This document shows positions 39,758 to 53,204 of a DNA stretch of 64,000 nucleotides, piece by piece. Position 1 is the stretch's first letter, and every line of letters begins with the position of its first letter. The position numbers and the translations under genes were made by a program. The notes below the pieces were generated by a model. That model had not been told where the DNA came from, did not search any database, and saw nothing but the letters and a program-made list of their open reading frames with translations. Source of the stretch: Octopus sinensis (taxonomy: Eukaryota); NCBI RefSeq assembly GCF_006345805.1, contig NC_043011.1:12536464-12600463 (forward strand), read 5' to 3'.

Positions 39758-39903
39758 CTATCCATTCTTGTTGCTTCTTTCTCGCTTATAATCACCCCAC
39801 ATTACTGTATTGTTAAATCAGTATAGTTTTTTTTTTTGGTGCATCTAAGTTAGGTACCATATTCAAGTAAATTTTTTAAAATTAACTTGAATCTTTATTG
39901 CTC

Positions 39904-39961
<58 letters not shown>

Positions 39962-41363
39962 GCTTGACTATCAGCAGACCCATTAGTAAAATATTATAAC
40001 TTTTTGAGCTGAAACCTAGCAATAAGGGTTTGCGGATATTCTGCTACAAAACATTCAATAATATCGAAGTAGTAACTTTCATAAATCAGGGTGTAATTTT
40101 TGAAGACTCTTTCTGAACCCAGTCAATGACGGGTATTTCTGCTAGTATACTTATATATGTATATAATATATATTTCTTTACTACCCACAAAGGGCTAAAC
40201 ACAGAGGGAACAAACAAGGACAGACAAACGGATGAAGTCGATTATATCGACCCCAGTGCATAACTGGTGCTTATTTAATTGACCCCGAAAGGATGAAAGG
40301 CAAAGTCGACTTCGGTGAGATTTGAACTCAGAATGTAACGGCAGACAAAATACGGCTACGCATTTCGCCTGGTGTGCTAACGTTTCTGCCAGCTCACCGC
40401 CTTATGTAATAATATATGTACATATAAAACCACCTTGGCAATGCTTGTCCATGAGTATGTCTACTCCACCTCCACATGCATCCTCTCTCTCCTGTCAAAC
40501 TTTCCTCCCCACATTTCATCCCCTGGCACTCATCACTTCTCCACCACCTGAGAGCAGAATAGGCACATACTACTACATCCCCCAACTTCCTCAGTTGTCT
40601 TTCTCCACCCCAGACCACTGCCATTATCTTCTTTTGCCCACTGTCTCCACCAATCACTTCCTTTCTGTGCTTTCTCTCTCCTCTGCTGCTTTCCATCGTT
40701 AAAACCTCAGTTAATTGCTATCACCCTCAATGCCCTCACACATCTACTGCAACTCCTACCCTTAAGCCTCTCCTATATTTCTCTCCATCATCTGCTACAA
40801 AAACCTCAATCCAAACCTCTGTACCATCTCACCTATTCTCAGCCACCCCCAATGTCCCTCGAGGGCATGTCGTGATACATCTTCACCATCGTCTCTCTCT
40901 CACTATTGCTCTCTTTAGCTTACTCTCTATCTTACTCTCCTTTCTTTTCCAAGTAGCATATCTATACATCTACCCCACAGCAAGACACTTACCTCTGTCC
41001 CTCTATATCTTTAATCTCTCAACTGGCACAAAGCCATAGCCCTCCTTCTTCAATACTATTCCCCACACCCAGTTGAAGGAATTTTGTCTTGCAAGGTGAC
41101 CCTGTTGGTGCTAGTATCAAGTAAAAAGCACTGGTGCTGGTGCCACTTAAAAATCACCCAGTACACTCTGTGAAATGGTTGGCATTAGAAAAGGCATGCA
41201 GCAGTAGAGACCATGTCAAAACAGATGATGTAGTCTGGTGCGGTTCCCAGCCTTGCTAGCTCTTGTCAAACTCATGCCAGCATGGAAAATTTACATTAAG
41301 CAAAGATGAAGATAATGATGATGATGATGATGATAATGATGATGTTGTGTGTGTGTGTGTATG

Positions 41364-41450
<87 letters not shown>

Positions 41451-42048
41451 ATATATATATATATATATACACGTCCCCCTGTGTGGTTGATTTCCTGTAT
41501 AGTATTCTTTTTATTTTCTCGTTTTGTAACTAATTGTATTTTTTGTACATGTATTTTTATTTTTGCAGTTTTATTGTTTGTCTATGCCAGAAAAAAGGCT
41601 TTTTCGTTCGTCCTCTTGTGTGTTTGTTTTTGTACATGTATTTTAATTTTGCAGTTTTATTGTTACGTCTTGTTTGTGTTCGTACTCATTTTGCCCCGCA
41701 GCTTGGAATTTTATTTTAATTCTCTTGCAGGAAGGCCTATTGGATTAGTGTTCTGTCTTGCCTTCGAAACATGCCTGACTCCTCTAGCGACAGCTGATGA
41801 CGGGGGTTTTGTCTTTGTGTAGCTCGTCCTGTATTTGTTTTTCGTTTTCTTGTTTTTCGTTTTCCGTTTTCTTGTTTTTTGTTTTTTGGTTTTTTCCGTT
41901 TTTACGTCTTATTGTGATGTCCTGTACTCCCGTATAATTATTTATATATGCATGTATATATACATGTAGATGTAGGTACGTACATATATGTTTGTATGTA
42001 TGCATATGTTTTTATTTATCTCCTATATATATATATATATACACACAT

Positions 42049-42084
<36 letters not shown>

Positions 42085-42087
<3 letters not shown>

Positions 42088-42565
42088 AGTAGTATAACCA
42101 GCCCACTTATGTGTACCTTTCCTGCATTGAACACTAAACTCTGCTTGCAAAGACCTGCTGAGGCAAGTGAAATCGAAATCAAAATTAAATTCGATGACAG
42201 CACCACATGACTGGAATCAAAGCGTGATCGTTGCCAGGGCCGCTGACTGGCTCCCATGCCGGTGGTACATAAAAAGCACCATTCAAGTGTGATCATTACC
42301 ACCGTTGCCTTACTGGCACATAAAAAACACCATTTGAGCATGGCCGTTGCCAGTACTGCCTGACTGGCCCTCATGCTGGTGGCATGTAAAAGCACCCACT
42401 ACACTCTCAGAGTGGTTGGTGCTAGGAAGGGCATCCAGCTGTAGAAATTCTGCCAGATCAAGATTGGAGCCTGGTGCAGCCATCTGGCTCGCCAGTCCTC
42501 AGTCAAACCGTCCAACCCATGCCAGCATGGAAAGCAGATGTTAAACGATGATTATGATGATGATG
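42085..42565 (+). mobile_element. RTE LINE complete 3'UTR (5'-truncated at the ORF stop)
   Basis: Starts cagcccacttatg as at 56510-56525 (reverse) and ends gttaaacgatgat. Confidence 0.85.
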
Positions 42566-42584
42566 ATGATAATTATGATGATGA

Positions 42585-42634
<50 letters not shown>

Positions 42635-43900
42635 TATCTATTCATTCTTAACACATTCTGGCGGATTCAAAGATGTTTTACAGCAATGGAGAACACCTCC
42701 CCTAAGTCAATGTTTGTTCAAAACACACATGATCCACCGGCTTAAGGGGGACTTTGAGACACTATGGTGTTTCAATCCTGTTGTTGTCTCCTCATTTGAA
42801 GCTACTCTGCTGGGCTTATGAATCTAACAAGAGCATAAGCTCTCATGTATAGGAATCAGCAAACAAATTATTTGCCAATGCATACTGATGTCTCCCAAAG
42901 AGATAATAATTTACAGAGAACAGTGAGAATCCAAGCAATAATAATGTATCTATCCATTCTCAATACATTCTGGCAGGTTTGAATGTGGATATCTGTTCAC
43001 TGTTGTATTTAATCCTGTGGGGAAGCTTTCATTGAAAAGACACACAATGAGGTCAAATACACGAGTGTTTCGAAATCTCCTTTCGCTGGTGAATCATGAG
43101 TATTACAAACACACATTGTCTAAAGTGGGGAGGTGTTCGCCGATGACAATAAAACAACAATGGCTAGATATTCATCTTCAAATCTACCGGAATATATTAA
43201 GAATGATAGATGCATTGTTGTTAAGATTCTTGCGCTTCAAGAATCATTCTGTATATGTATAACTATTTACACACACACACATACATGTGTGTGGGTGTTG
43301 GGGTGTTGTGGAGATACTGAGAAATGTGGAAAAATGCATCAAAATTGTCTTTCATACATATATATATTCAAACATGAATTAAAAATAGCTTGAGCAGCAT
43401 TGGACCTCATTTCAGGTATGCAGTTTTGACAAGTCACAAAAATTGATGAAACAGCAATGTCTATCACTTCTGAATGGGATCTAGTGTCAGTCACCTTGCT
43501 TGTGTATGACTTCCAGGTGTTTTAACATCAGGTGCATGAAGAGAACGTATTCTCTTCTGCTTACAAGTGCAGCCTTCCCACAAACTAGCAAAACACATAC
43601 CTTGTGTATGCGTGTTCAATACTGCTTCTAATTCATATTTGAATATGTATATATATATATATATATATCATCATCATCATATATATGTATATATATATAT
43701 AGGGAGAGTTTATGAAAAAAAACAAAAGATGAAGACAGGTAGCGCACAAAACAAACAGATGTATTAATATAATGCTCAGGAATAGAAAAAGTCTTTTACG
43801 TTTCGAGCCTATGCTCTTCTACAGAAAGGGACACAGAAAAAAACAAGGAGAGAAACAAGGAGAGAAAAAAATGTGTGTAGTGGCTAACGATCTATCATGG

Positions 43901-43957
<57 letters not shown>

Positions 43958-43977
43958 TACATACATATATATTTATA

Positions 43978-44372
43978 TAAAGGTACAGGTGTGGCTGTGT
44001 AAAGAGAAGTTTGCTTCCGAACCACATGGTTCCAAGTTCAGTCTCACTACATGGCACCTTGGGCAAATGTCTTCTACTATTGCCTTGCACCAACCAAAAC
44101 TTTGCAAGTGGATTTCGTAGATGAAAACTGAAAGAAGCTCATCATATACATGTATGTGCATGTGTTTGTCCCCCACCCCACCGAGTGGCAACTGGCGTTG
44201 GTGTGTTTATATCCCCCAGAACTTAGCAGTTCAGCAAAAAAGAGTCCAACTAAATAAGTACCAGGCTTTACAAACAATAATAAATTCTGAGACCAATTCA
44301 TTCAACTAAATTTCTTCAAGCTGGTGCTCCAGCATGGCCACAGTTTTATAACTGAAACATGTATAAGATAAA
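43978..44372 (+). mobile_element. Diverged family A SINE
   Basis: Head, CORE and tail are recognisable. Confidence 0.8.
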
Positions 44373-44374
44373 AT

Positions 44375-44376
44375 AA

Positions 44377-44431
<55 letters not shown>

Positions 44432-44453
44432 TATATATAAATATATATATATA

Positions 44454-44536
<83 letters not shown>

Positions 44537-44546
44537 CTGCAATTGT

Positions 44547-44581
<35 letters not shown>

Positions 44582-44595
44582 CACGCTGCAATTGT

Positions 44596-44645
<50 letters not shown>

Positions 44646-44655
44646 GATAATAATG

Positions 44656-44690
<35 letters not shown>

Positions 44691-44725
44691 TAATAATAAT
44701 AATAATAATAATAGTAATAATAATA

Positions 44726-44780
<55 letters not shown>

Positions 44781-44822
44781 GTAATAATAATAATAATAAT
44801 AATTATAATAATAATAATATTA
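44375..44822. repeat. Long (TA)n then (AAT)n tract with a duplicated ATCACGCTGCAATTGTTATA unit
   Basis: Direct reading; the unit occurs at ~44530 and ~44580. Confidence 0.95.
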
Positions 44823-46264
44823 TTAGGGAGTATAAGTCAGAACTTACAGGGAAAAATTCAATTTAGTATTAAATCAAATTTCACAATATAAATATATGAT
44901 ATATATCATTTTTACATAATTATATATATATAGATATAAATTAGAGATAAAACCACTATTATGCAGCTCAAATAGTGATAGTCATAAACCAATACATAAA
45001 TAACAAGTAATATATATAATAATTATTTTTTTTTCCAAAGGGTATAAAATGAATGATAAATATAATATAATAAGTAAAAATACTACATACGTTTCATAGC
45101 TACAATTAAATTTAAATTACATATATATATATATTTCGTTGTGGTGTTTTGTTTCCAAGATTCTTTATGTGAGTTCGTGTGTTGAAGTATATATTGTTGT
45201 GTCTGGAGAGAGTCCTCTTTTTGTGCCTTATTATTTAACACACTCACCGGTTCAGTTTACTTCTTTATAGTTTCTAACATTTCCGTAGTGTCATGCAACC
45301 TTTTCAATAGTTGTTGACTCTGTCCGTTATCCGAGCTGCATTCTTTTTGTTTGTTTGTGCACATGTGTGTGTGTCAGTGTGCATACGCATACACATATGC
45401 ATGTATGTCTGTGTATGCATGTATGTGAGTGTGTACGTATGTATATGTATGTATGTATGTGTGTACATTTGTACGTATGTATTCTGCATATTGATGTGTT
45501 TGTGTGTTTGTATGTGTGTGTGCGCGTGTGTGTGTGTATGAGTGTGTGTGTGTGTGTGCATGTGTGTGTGTGTGTGTGTTTGCAAGTGTGTGCGCGTGTG
45601 TGTGTATATATGTTCACGTGTTTCAGTCTTCATTTGCGTATGTATGTGTGCTTGTCTGTTCATATTACCTATGTACCTATCTATCTATATGTCTATCTGT
45701 TTACATTTATATCCATTTACCTACATACATATGCAAATACATATACGTATATACATATATACACACACTTACATACACCTATATAACAGCCCACTAACTA
45801 TTCTGCTTGTGTATGTATATATATATGTTGAGAAAAATGGTAAGACAACAAAAGAAAGAAAGAAGGAGACCTCAATATTATATAAATAGAGGAATTTATC
45901 TGTAAATGTAATATGTGACAATTATTCGGTAGCCATTATAAAACTCCGAGTTTCGGATGCTGAAGTGGAAATCCACGCCGCCATCTCTTCAGTTATCCGG
46001 CCATAGCATAGTTTCATTTCTCGGCAAAGTTAAATGATGTTACAGTTTTTCTCTTTCAAACTGTTACTAGACAGAAATTTTGGAAATTTCTTACTCCATT
46101 TCATTATCAATTATGGGTTGATCAATGTAACATCACTTCAAAAAATAAGTAACTTATCAAAAATAAGTGAATTTTCATTCACTTTGAATGCAGAAACAAT
46201 ATGACTCTTACTGAAAAGTTGATTCTATTTTGAAAGTATCTCAGTTGATGTGTTTATCTTTTAA

Positions 46265-46483
46265 CCCTTTAGTATTTAAACCGGCCATATCCGGCCAAAA
46301 TATTTAATCTGTTTTATGTTCAAACTGACCAGATCCAGGCTCTCACACCTATCCTACAATGTTATTCTATATTAAGTAATTACACCATCAAGATCTTGAA
46401 GATATGAGATAATGCATGATTAATTCAAATCAATGGGAATCAATAGGCATTATGTTTGATAGAATAATCAGAACACTAAAGGG
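46265..46483. mobile_element. piggyBac-type MITE (TTAA TSD), copy 1
   Basis: TTAA-CCCTTTAGT...ACTAAAGGG-TTAA; near-identical to 55436-55641. Partial relatives at ~22343-22553, ~30195-30425 and ~54240-54415. Confidence 0.85.
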
Positions 46484-48057
46484 TTAAAGTAGTTCTAATG
46501 TCTATTTTCAAATTTGCATGTCTGGTTAGTAAATTTTCGATCTACTTGGAAACACCACAGCTTCTTTTGCAAAAATTAGGATCAGGGATTAATTCAATGT
46601 ATAAGAGTTTTGTTAGCCCATCTAGAAAGATATCACTACTTCACACGTACACCTGTCTTAGATTGTATCTAAAATAGCTCCAACAAACTATCTGCAAGCT
46701 TTCACCACAACTATTAACTTCCCAATGCAGTGTAGTACTACCATAACAATTCCCACTCCTCTGAAGTAGTAGATTGTATATCACTTCTTACCAAGCCCAC
46801 TTGATATGCCTGATTTCCCTACTTTCATCACCCCCATAAAATCCTCAACTAAATTCTTAGCCTAAAATATTCCCTAGACCACCCAGGATATACATCTTCA
46901 TCATAGTTTAACATTCGCTTTCCATGCTAGCATGGGTTGGACGATTTTGACTGAGGGCTGGTGAACCAGATGGCTGCACCAGGCTCCAATCTTAATCTGA
47001 CAGAGTTTCTACAGCTGGATGCCCTTCCTAACGCCAACCACTCCAAGAGTGTAGTGGGTGCTTTTTACGTGTCACCGGCACGGGGGCCAGTCAGGCGGTA
47101 CTTGTTCATCAACTGAAAGTTCAAGTTCAGCATTAATTGCATCAAATTAATGTGTTTGAGACAGCCTACAAAGATTATGAGATTATCTTTCCACCTTAAA
47201 CTGAAGTAAAAATATATTCTTTTCTGGTCCAAGGTAACTCCAAATTTCAAAATGTTACATATGCAAATCTTAATTAGGAATCAGGTCAGATGTGGGGGCA
47301 TATACTATTGCAAAGCATTGTTGCACTCACCATTTCTAAGTATATTCCCGAGGCCTCCCAGGCAACCTGTCAAGCAGAATCCCAATCAGTCCCCATCTCC
47401 ACAAGAAACCTCCTCATTTGCTGTGACCATATGGTATGTGGTCAACCAACATGAGCCAGATCTTCAGTGAAGGGTTTAACTTGGAAACTCAAGTAACAGC
47501 ACTCCCGATAATAAAAGATCAATATTACCAAAGTCATTATTATTACTATTCACTGATATTTAGTTGCCATTGTTAACAGTCTGACTCCAAATTCTGCTTG
47601 GTTAAATTTTCCTTCCAGGGTTAATAAAAAAAAGTACCAATTAAGTACTGAAGTTGACATAATCAACTATTTCTTCCCAACTTCAATATAAATGCAGAGC
47701 TTTATACTTAAAAAATTATATTAATTATTAACTATTCATATCTATTTATACACCAAACTGGTTGATAATCTTAATCTGTTTCCCACCACCATCTTGGCCA
47801 TTGGGTATTTTGCAAACATTCAGGTAATTTTAGATCTGTCTTTGGATAAAATAATCTTTTCCTCTCATCCATCACAGTAGCCCTAAAAAGGTCATAAGTA
47901 CTTCTACTTCTTCCTTGAGTAAGTCATTAGAACACGTATTTCTGCATCCTCTTCATCCATACTTCTTAACATGCATACACATATCTCTAGGATCTGACAA
48001 AATAAGTTTTTTAAAAAAGTATACTCTCCACAAGATTGCAGCTACTGAAATTCTAAT

Positions 48058-48268
48058 TACTCTTTTACTCTTTTAATTGTTTCAGTCATTTGACTGCGGC
48101 CATGCTGGAGCACCTCCTTTAATCGAGCAACTCGACCCCAGGATTTATTCTTTTGTAAGCCCAGTACTTATTCTATCGGTCTCTTTTGCCGAACCGCTAA
48201 GTGACGGCGACATAAACACACCACCATCGGTTGTCAAGCAATGGTGGGGGACAAATACAGACACACAA

Positions 48269-48321
<53 letters not shown>

Positions 48322-48487
48322 CATATATACGACGGGCTTCTTTCAGTTTCTGTCTACCAAATCCACTCACAAGGCTTTGGTCAGCCCGAGGCTATAGTAG
48401 AAGGCACTTGCCCAAGGTGCCATGCAGTGGGACTGAACCCGGAACCATGTGGTTGGTAAACAAGCTACTTACCACACAGTCACTCCT
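48058..48487 (-). mobile_element. Full-length family A SINE
   Basis: Homologous to 29671-30090. Confidence 0.88.
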
Positions 48488-48714
48488 TGTTTAATAAAGT
48501 AATTAAATATTTGTACAAAATCCGGAATCTGAGATTCACACACCATGAATCTAAGAGCTAATCTATTGTATTATATTTCAGCATTATTTTGATTAGTGTA
48601 TTTATACATGCATATGTACAGAATCATTTTATTTTATTTTTAAAATTTTCATATGATTACTTGTTTATCTAAACATTCCAAAAGTGTTAGCAAAACTTAT
48701 TGTTAAAATTTCCA

Positions 48715-49001
48715 GGTGCCAGTGAAGCGTGATCATTACCAACGTCGCTTCACTGGCACCTGTGCCGGTGGCACGTGTAAAAGGATATGAGCGAGGTCAT
48801 TGCAAGTACCGCCTGACTGGCCCCCGTGCCGGTGACACGTAAAAAGCACCCACTACTGTCTCGGAGTGGTTGGCGTTAGGAAGGGCATCCAGCTGTAGAA
48901 ACTCTGCCAGATCAAGATTGGAGCCTGGTGCAGCCATCTGGTTCGCCAGCCCTCAGTCAAAATCGTCCAACCCATGCTAGCATGGAAAGCGGACGTTAAA
49001 C

Positions 49002-49034
<33 letters not shown>

Positions 49035-49035
49035 G
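48715..49035 (+). mobile_element. RTE LINE 3'-end fragment with (GAT)n tail
   Basis: Matches the family 3'UTR. Confidence 0.85.
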
Positions 49036-49475
49036 ATGTATATCCTGATTTATTGCCCTATGTCATGTTTTATTGAGTTATTTCCCTACTTTAGTTCATG
49101 GTAATAAGCAACAGAATACTATAACTGGTGATACCTCAAGTTATATTAGATATAACATTGTATTTAAACAGAGACAAAACTATAAATTGCAACCACTTTG
49201 CTACTTTAACATCCTAGACATTATTCCACTTCACAAGTATGTTGTATGATAATTAAAATCATGTTAGGTACTACACATTTATGATGAAATTTTAAAACAT
49301 ATTTTGTTACAGAATGCAAAGCACATGATTTAATTTAACAGCTGTCATTAGAAATGTTAAGAAATTCTAATCCACTTAAATTATGGAGCAAATTGTTTGA
49401 CATTCTAGAACTATATTTTAGAATTGAGAATGTTGAAACTAGGCTGTCTCTCAATACTTTTTGTTTCATTGCAAG

Positions 49476-49650
49476 GAATGGATCCATAAAAATACTATCT
49501 CTCATCCGACACCAGTCATGGATGAAATGTATATCATAAGGACTTCTGTGGGTGCCCATGAAGTTAACCAAGATTCTATCAATACAAATGAAAGTTTTCA
49601 GGAAAATTCCAAGAAAAACTTGACATTCAAAAAAAGAAAAAAATCTAAAG
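49476..49650 (+). CDS. Candidate internal coding exon of an unidentified gene (strand uncertain)
   Basis: tttttgtttcattgcaag acceptor, open frame EWIHKNTISHPTPVMDEMYIIRTSVGAHEVNQDSINTNESFQENSKKNLTFKKRKKSK, then AAG/gtaaat donor. The in-register minus frame is also open (49655-49335), so the assignment is ambiguous. Confidence 0.3.
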
Positions 49651-49743
49651 GTAAATCAATACTTCGTATTTGATGGCAAAATGTAACGGAATTAAAATGA
49701 ATCCCAACAAAAAGACAAAAAACTGAAAAATACCTACAACCTA

Positions 49744-50160
49744 TAGGCGCAGGAGTGGCTGTGTGGTAAGTAGCTTGCTTACCAACCACATGGTTCCGGG
49801 TTCAGTCCCACTGCATGGCACCTTGGGCAAGTGTCTTCTACTATAGCCTCGGGCCGACCAAAGCTTTGTGAGTGGATTTGGTAGACAGAAACTGAAAGAA
49901 GCCCGTCGTATATATGTATATATATATATGTGTGTGTGTGTGTGCATGTTTGTGTGTCTGTGTTTGTCCCCCTAGCATTGCTTGACAACCAATGCTAGTG
50001 TGTTTACGTCGCCGTCACTTAGCTGTTCAGCAAAAGAGACCGATAGAATAAGTACTGGGTTTACAAAGAATAAGTCCCGGGGTCGATTTGCTCGACTAAA
50101 GGCGGTGCTCCAGCATGGCTGCAGTCAAATGACTGAAACAAGTAAAAGAGTAAAAGAGTA
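49744..50160 (+). mobile_element. Full-length family A SINE
   Basis: Complete head to tail. Confidence 0.9.
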
Positions 50161-50394
50161 ACCTATAAGTAATACAGAACTTCATTTCACATAAAATTTA
50201 TGTGAAATTTTGATGCTAACGGCTTTATTTAAGAATGATTAGAGGTAAATCTAAAATTAAGATTTTGACAATAAGTTGATATCGTTTGACATTACTTGAT
50301 AGCTCAAACAACAGTCCACTAAATAACTAATAGTGAGATTGCATGAAGTGGGGGCTTTTCCAAGTAACTTCATCAAGAAACTATTAACCTGTTT

Positions 50395-50488
50395 ACGTGG
50401 CACCTTGGGCAAGCGTCTTCTACTATAGCCTCGGGCCGACCAAAGCTTTGTGAGTGGATTTGGTAGACGGAAACTGAAAGAAGCCTGT

Positions 50489-50535
<47 letters not shown>

Positions 50536-50763
50536 ATATGTGTGTGTGTGTTTGTGTGTCTGTGTTTGTCCTCCCCAACATCGCTTGGCAACCGATGCTG
50601 GTGTGTTTACATCCCTGTAACTCAGCGGTTTGGCAAAAGAGACCGATAGAATAAGTACTAGGCTTACAAAGAATAAGTCATGGGGTCGATTTGCTCGACT
50701 AAAGGCAGTGCTCCAGCATGGCCACAGTCAAATGACTGAAACAAGTAAAAAGAGTAAAAGAGT
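50395..50763 (+). mobile_element. Family A SINE, 5'-truncated
   Basis: Starts at the CORE segment. Confidence 0.85.
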
Positions 50764-51799
50764 ATATATATATACTAAACAGTAGGTGAGGCAGAGAAAA
50801 TGTATATTGTGACAGGTAAGAAATAATTGTAAAAAATTTACAGACAGTTTCAGTTTGAAGAATTCCACATTGAAGCAAAATCATAAACCCATAGTCTCAC
50901 AGCAAAGAAACAGTAACCTCTCAAAACTCCTATCTATAGTTTTCAGGTCCTGTCTTGAAAATACCATTCAATTAATCCGTAAAACATAGCTAAAGCAGGA
51001 GAAATGATGATACACAATAGTGAATTTCAAAATTAAAATTCTGAGAAATCAGGAGACGTTGAAAGCGATTTTCTGTTACACCATTTTACTTTGTAGCATT
51101 TTCCTGCAAACAAACTATTTATGATTACTTGTTTAATTTTGTTTCACTTTTTGTTTCCCTCCACCTCCTGAAACCAACATACTAGCTTTGTTTGTATTAT
51201 AAAATTATCAATTAAAACCTTGTGATTAAAGCTTAAGTTATTTAATGTTTGTCAACAATTATTGTCAAATTCTACTGCAATTTAATTACCAACTGTCATT
51301 GCCAGTTAAATGTGATATGAAGTTGAAAAAATAATGGACCTCCAACAAAAACACTGTTAATTTTTTTCATTAACTTCAGATTAAAGAAATTTTGTCTTTC
51401 AACAACAGTCATAATCATTCTTTACAAATTCTACCAAAATATATGCTAAATTAAAAACCAATACTTTACAGGTACATCTTTAAATGAATATCTGCAACAG
51501 CTGAACCATCTTAGTAAGCAATGTAAATTGTACGATTTTAGTCCCAGAGTGCACACATGTGACGCTGTTAAAATTACATAGAAATGCAGTAATGGTTCAA
51601 TTCAAATAATGCACTGAATGCACTGAAAATTGCAAGAAGATTTTGAGTAGAAACCTAGCTATTCTATATTATTCAGAATATATCCCAGCATCTCCATCCG
51701 TCTGTGCTTCAAGTAGCTATTCTTGATTCACCTGAGAAGGAGTCAACTATGCTAATGCAGAAGAAATAATGGTTGTTTATTTTTCTGTAGTAACCTCAA

Positions 51800-52208
51800 C
51801 AGGAGAGGCTGTGTGGTAAGTAGCTTGCTAACCAACCACATGGTTCCGGGTTCAGTCCCACTGCGTGGCATCTTGGGTAAGTGTCTTCTGCTATAGCCCA
51901 GGGCCGACCAATGCCTTGTGAGTGGATTTGGTAGATGAAAACTGAAAGAAGCCCGTCGTATATATGTATATATATATATGTGTGTGTGTGTACGTGTTTG
52001 TGTGTTTGTGTTTGTCCCCCTAGCATTGCTTGACAAGCGATGCTGGTGTGTTTACATCCCCGTCACTTAGCGGTTCGGCAAAAGAGACCGATAGAATAAG
52101 TACTGGGCTTACAAAGAATAAGTCCCGGGGTCGATTTGCTCAACTAAAGGCGGTGCTCCAGCATGGCCGCGGTCAAATGACTGAAACAAGTAAAAGAGTA
52201 AAAGAGTA
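51800..52208 (+). mobile_element. Family A SINE
   Basis: Near-complete head to tail. Confidence 0.88.
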
Positions 52209-52362
52209 ATCTGAAAATTGTGCAACTATCTAAGGTCATTCTGTACAACAAGTATCTGAAAAAGTGACATTTCGTTAAAGGATCTTGAGTCTTCTGGCCT
52301 AATCAGCTTCTCAAGAATTATAGAATTGCTTTCAGTGAAATAAAAGGTAATATAACAGAGAG

Positions 52363-52745
52363 TGGAGGCGCAATGGTCCAGTGGTTAGGGCAGCGGACTC
52401 GCGGTCGTAGGATTGCGGTATCGATTCCCAGACCGGGCATTGTGAGTGTTTATTGAGCGAAAACACCTAAAGCTCCATGAGGCTCCGGCAGGGAATGGTG
52501 GTGATCCCTGCTGTACTCTTTCACCACAACTTTCTCTCACTCTTACTTCCTGTTTCTGTTGTACCTGTATTTCAAAGGGCCGGCCTTGTCACTCTCTGTG
52601 TCACGCTGAATATCCCCGAGAACTGCGTTAAGGGTACACGTGTCTGTGGAGTGCTCAGCCACTTTCACGTTAATTTCACGAGCAGGCTGTTCCATTGATC
52701 GGATCAACCGGAACCCTCGTCGTCGTAACCGACGGAGTGCTTCCA
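52363..52745 (+). mobile_element. tRNA(Arg)-derived SINE
   Basis: ggaggcgcaatggtccagtggttagggcagcggactcgcggtcgtaggattgcggtatcgattccc head; shares its first ~120 bp with 2645-2954. Confidence 0.8.
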
Positions 52746-53204
52746 TAACAGAGAATTCTATCAGAGAGAAGTACAAGCTTTGATTTTTCAATGGTACAAA
52801 TTATGTGTTTCCTTTACTCCTTAATCAACATAAAATTGTAGACATCAGTTTGAATTGACCCTCACCTTATTTTATCCCCTTCAGTTCCTTTTGTGACTCA
52901 CTGGTTTCTGTAGAACTTTATTCACAGAAAACTAGTTTTATTACATTAAATACCAATGGCCACTTATTATTGAGAATGCCAGCAAAAGTAATGTTGTTAT
53001 CCTGGATATTAGATAAGCCTTCGAGCATATCTTGCGTAAGAATCCCAGAGCAATTCATCTCAGTTATGGACTCCACCTGTTTCCCATTTCTTTTTTTGAC
53101 TGAGAGTTTCCTCTAAAACAAAACTATTGGATTATATGAAGATGGCTGCCTTCTAATGCATATTCTACCAACTCAGATATGTACAGGATTCAGTAATGTG
53201 ACTT

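Larger units (their letters stand above)
38582..39785. repeat. 1.2-kb near-perfect palindrome (597-bp arms, 10-nt loop AGTTAAATAG)
   Basis: 38582-39178 is the reverse complement of 39189-39785. The coordinate sum of paired bases is constant (78367, so no indels). The only mismatch I found is 38590/39777. Confidence 0.97.

Noticed and set aside
51469-51580. GTSLNEYLQQLNHLSKQCKL peptide (possible gypsy gag motif or host exon)
   Set aside because: It is too short and has stops nearby, so I cannot distinguish gag remnant, exon or chance.
49335-53112. Apparent dynein heavy chain similarity (FMG..S.Y...W and KWPL motifs)
   Set aside because: The two motifs occur in the wrong order for a minus-strand dynein, and the similarity is only a few residues.
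52866-53112. Idea that in-frame TAA stops are recoded by A-to-I editing
   Set aside because: It would need double editing (UAA to UII) at several sites plus frameshift repair, and nothing in the sequence supports this over pseudogenisation or chance.
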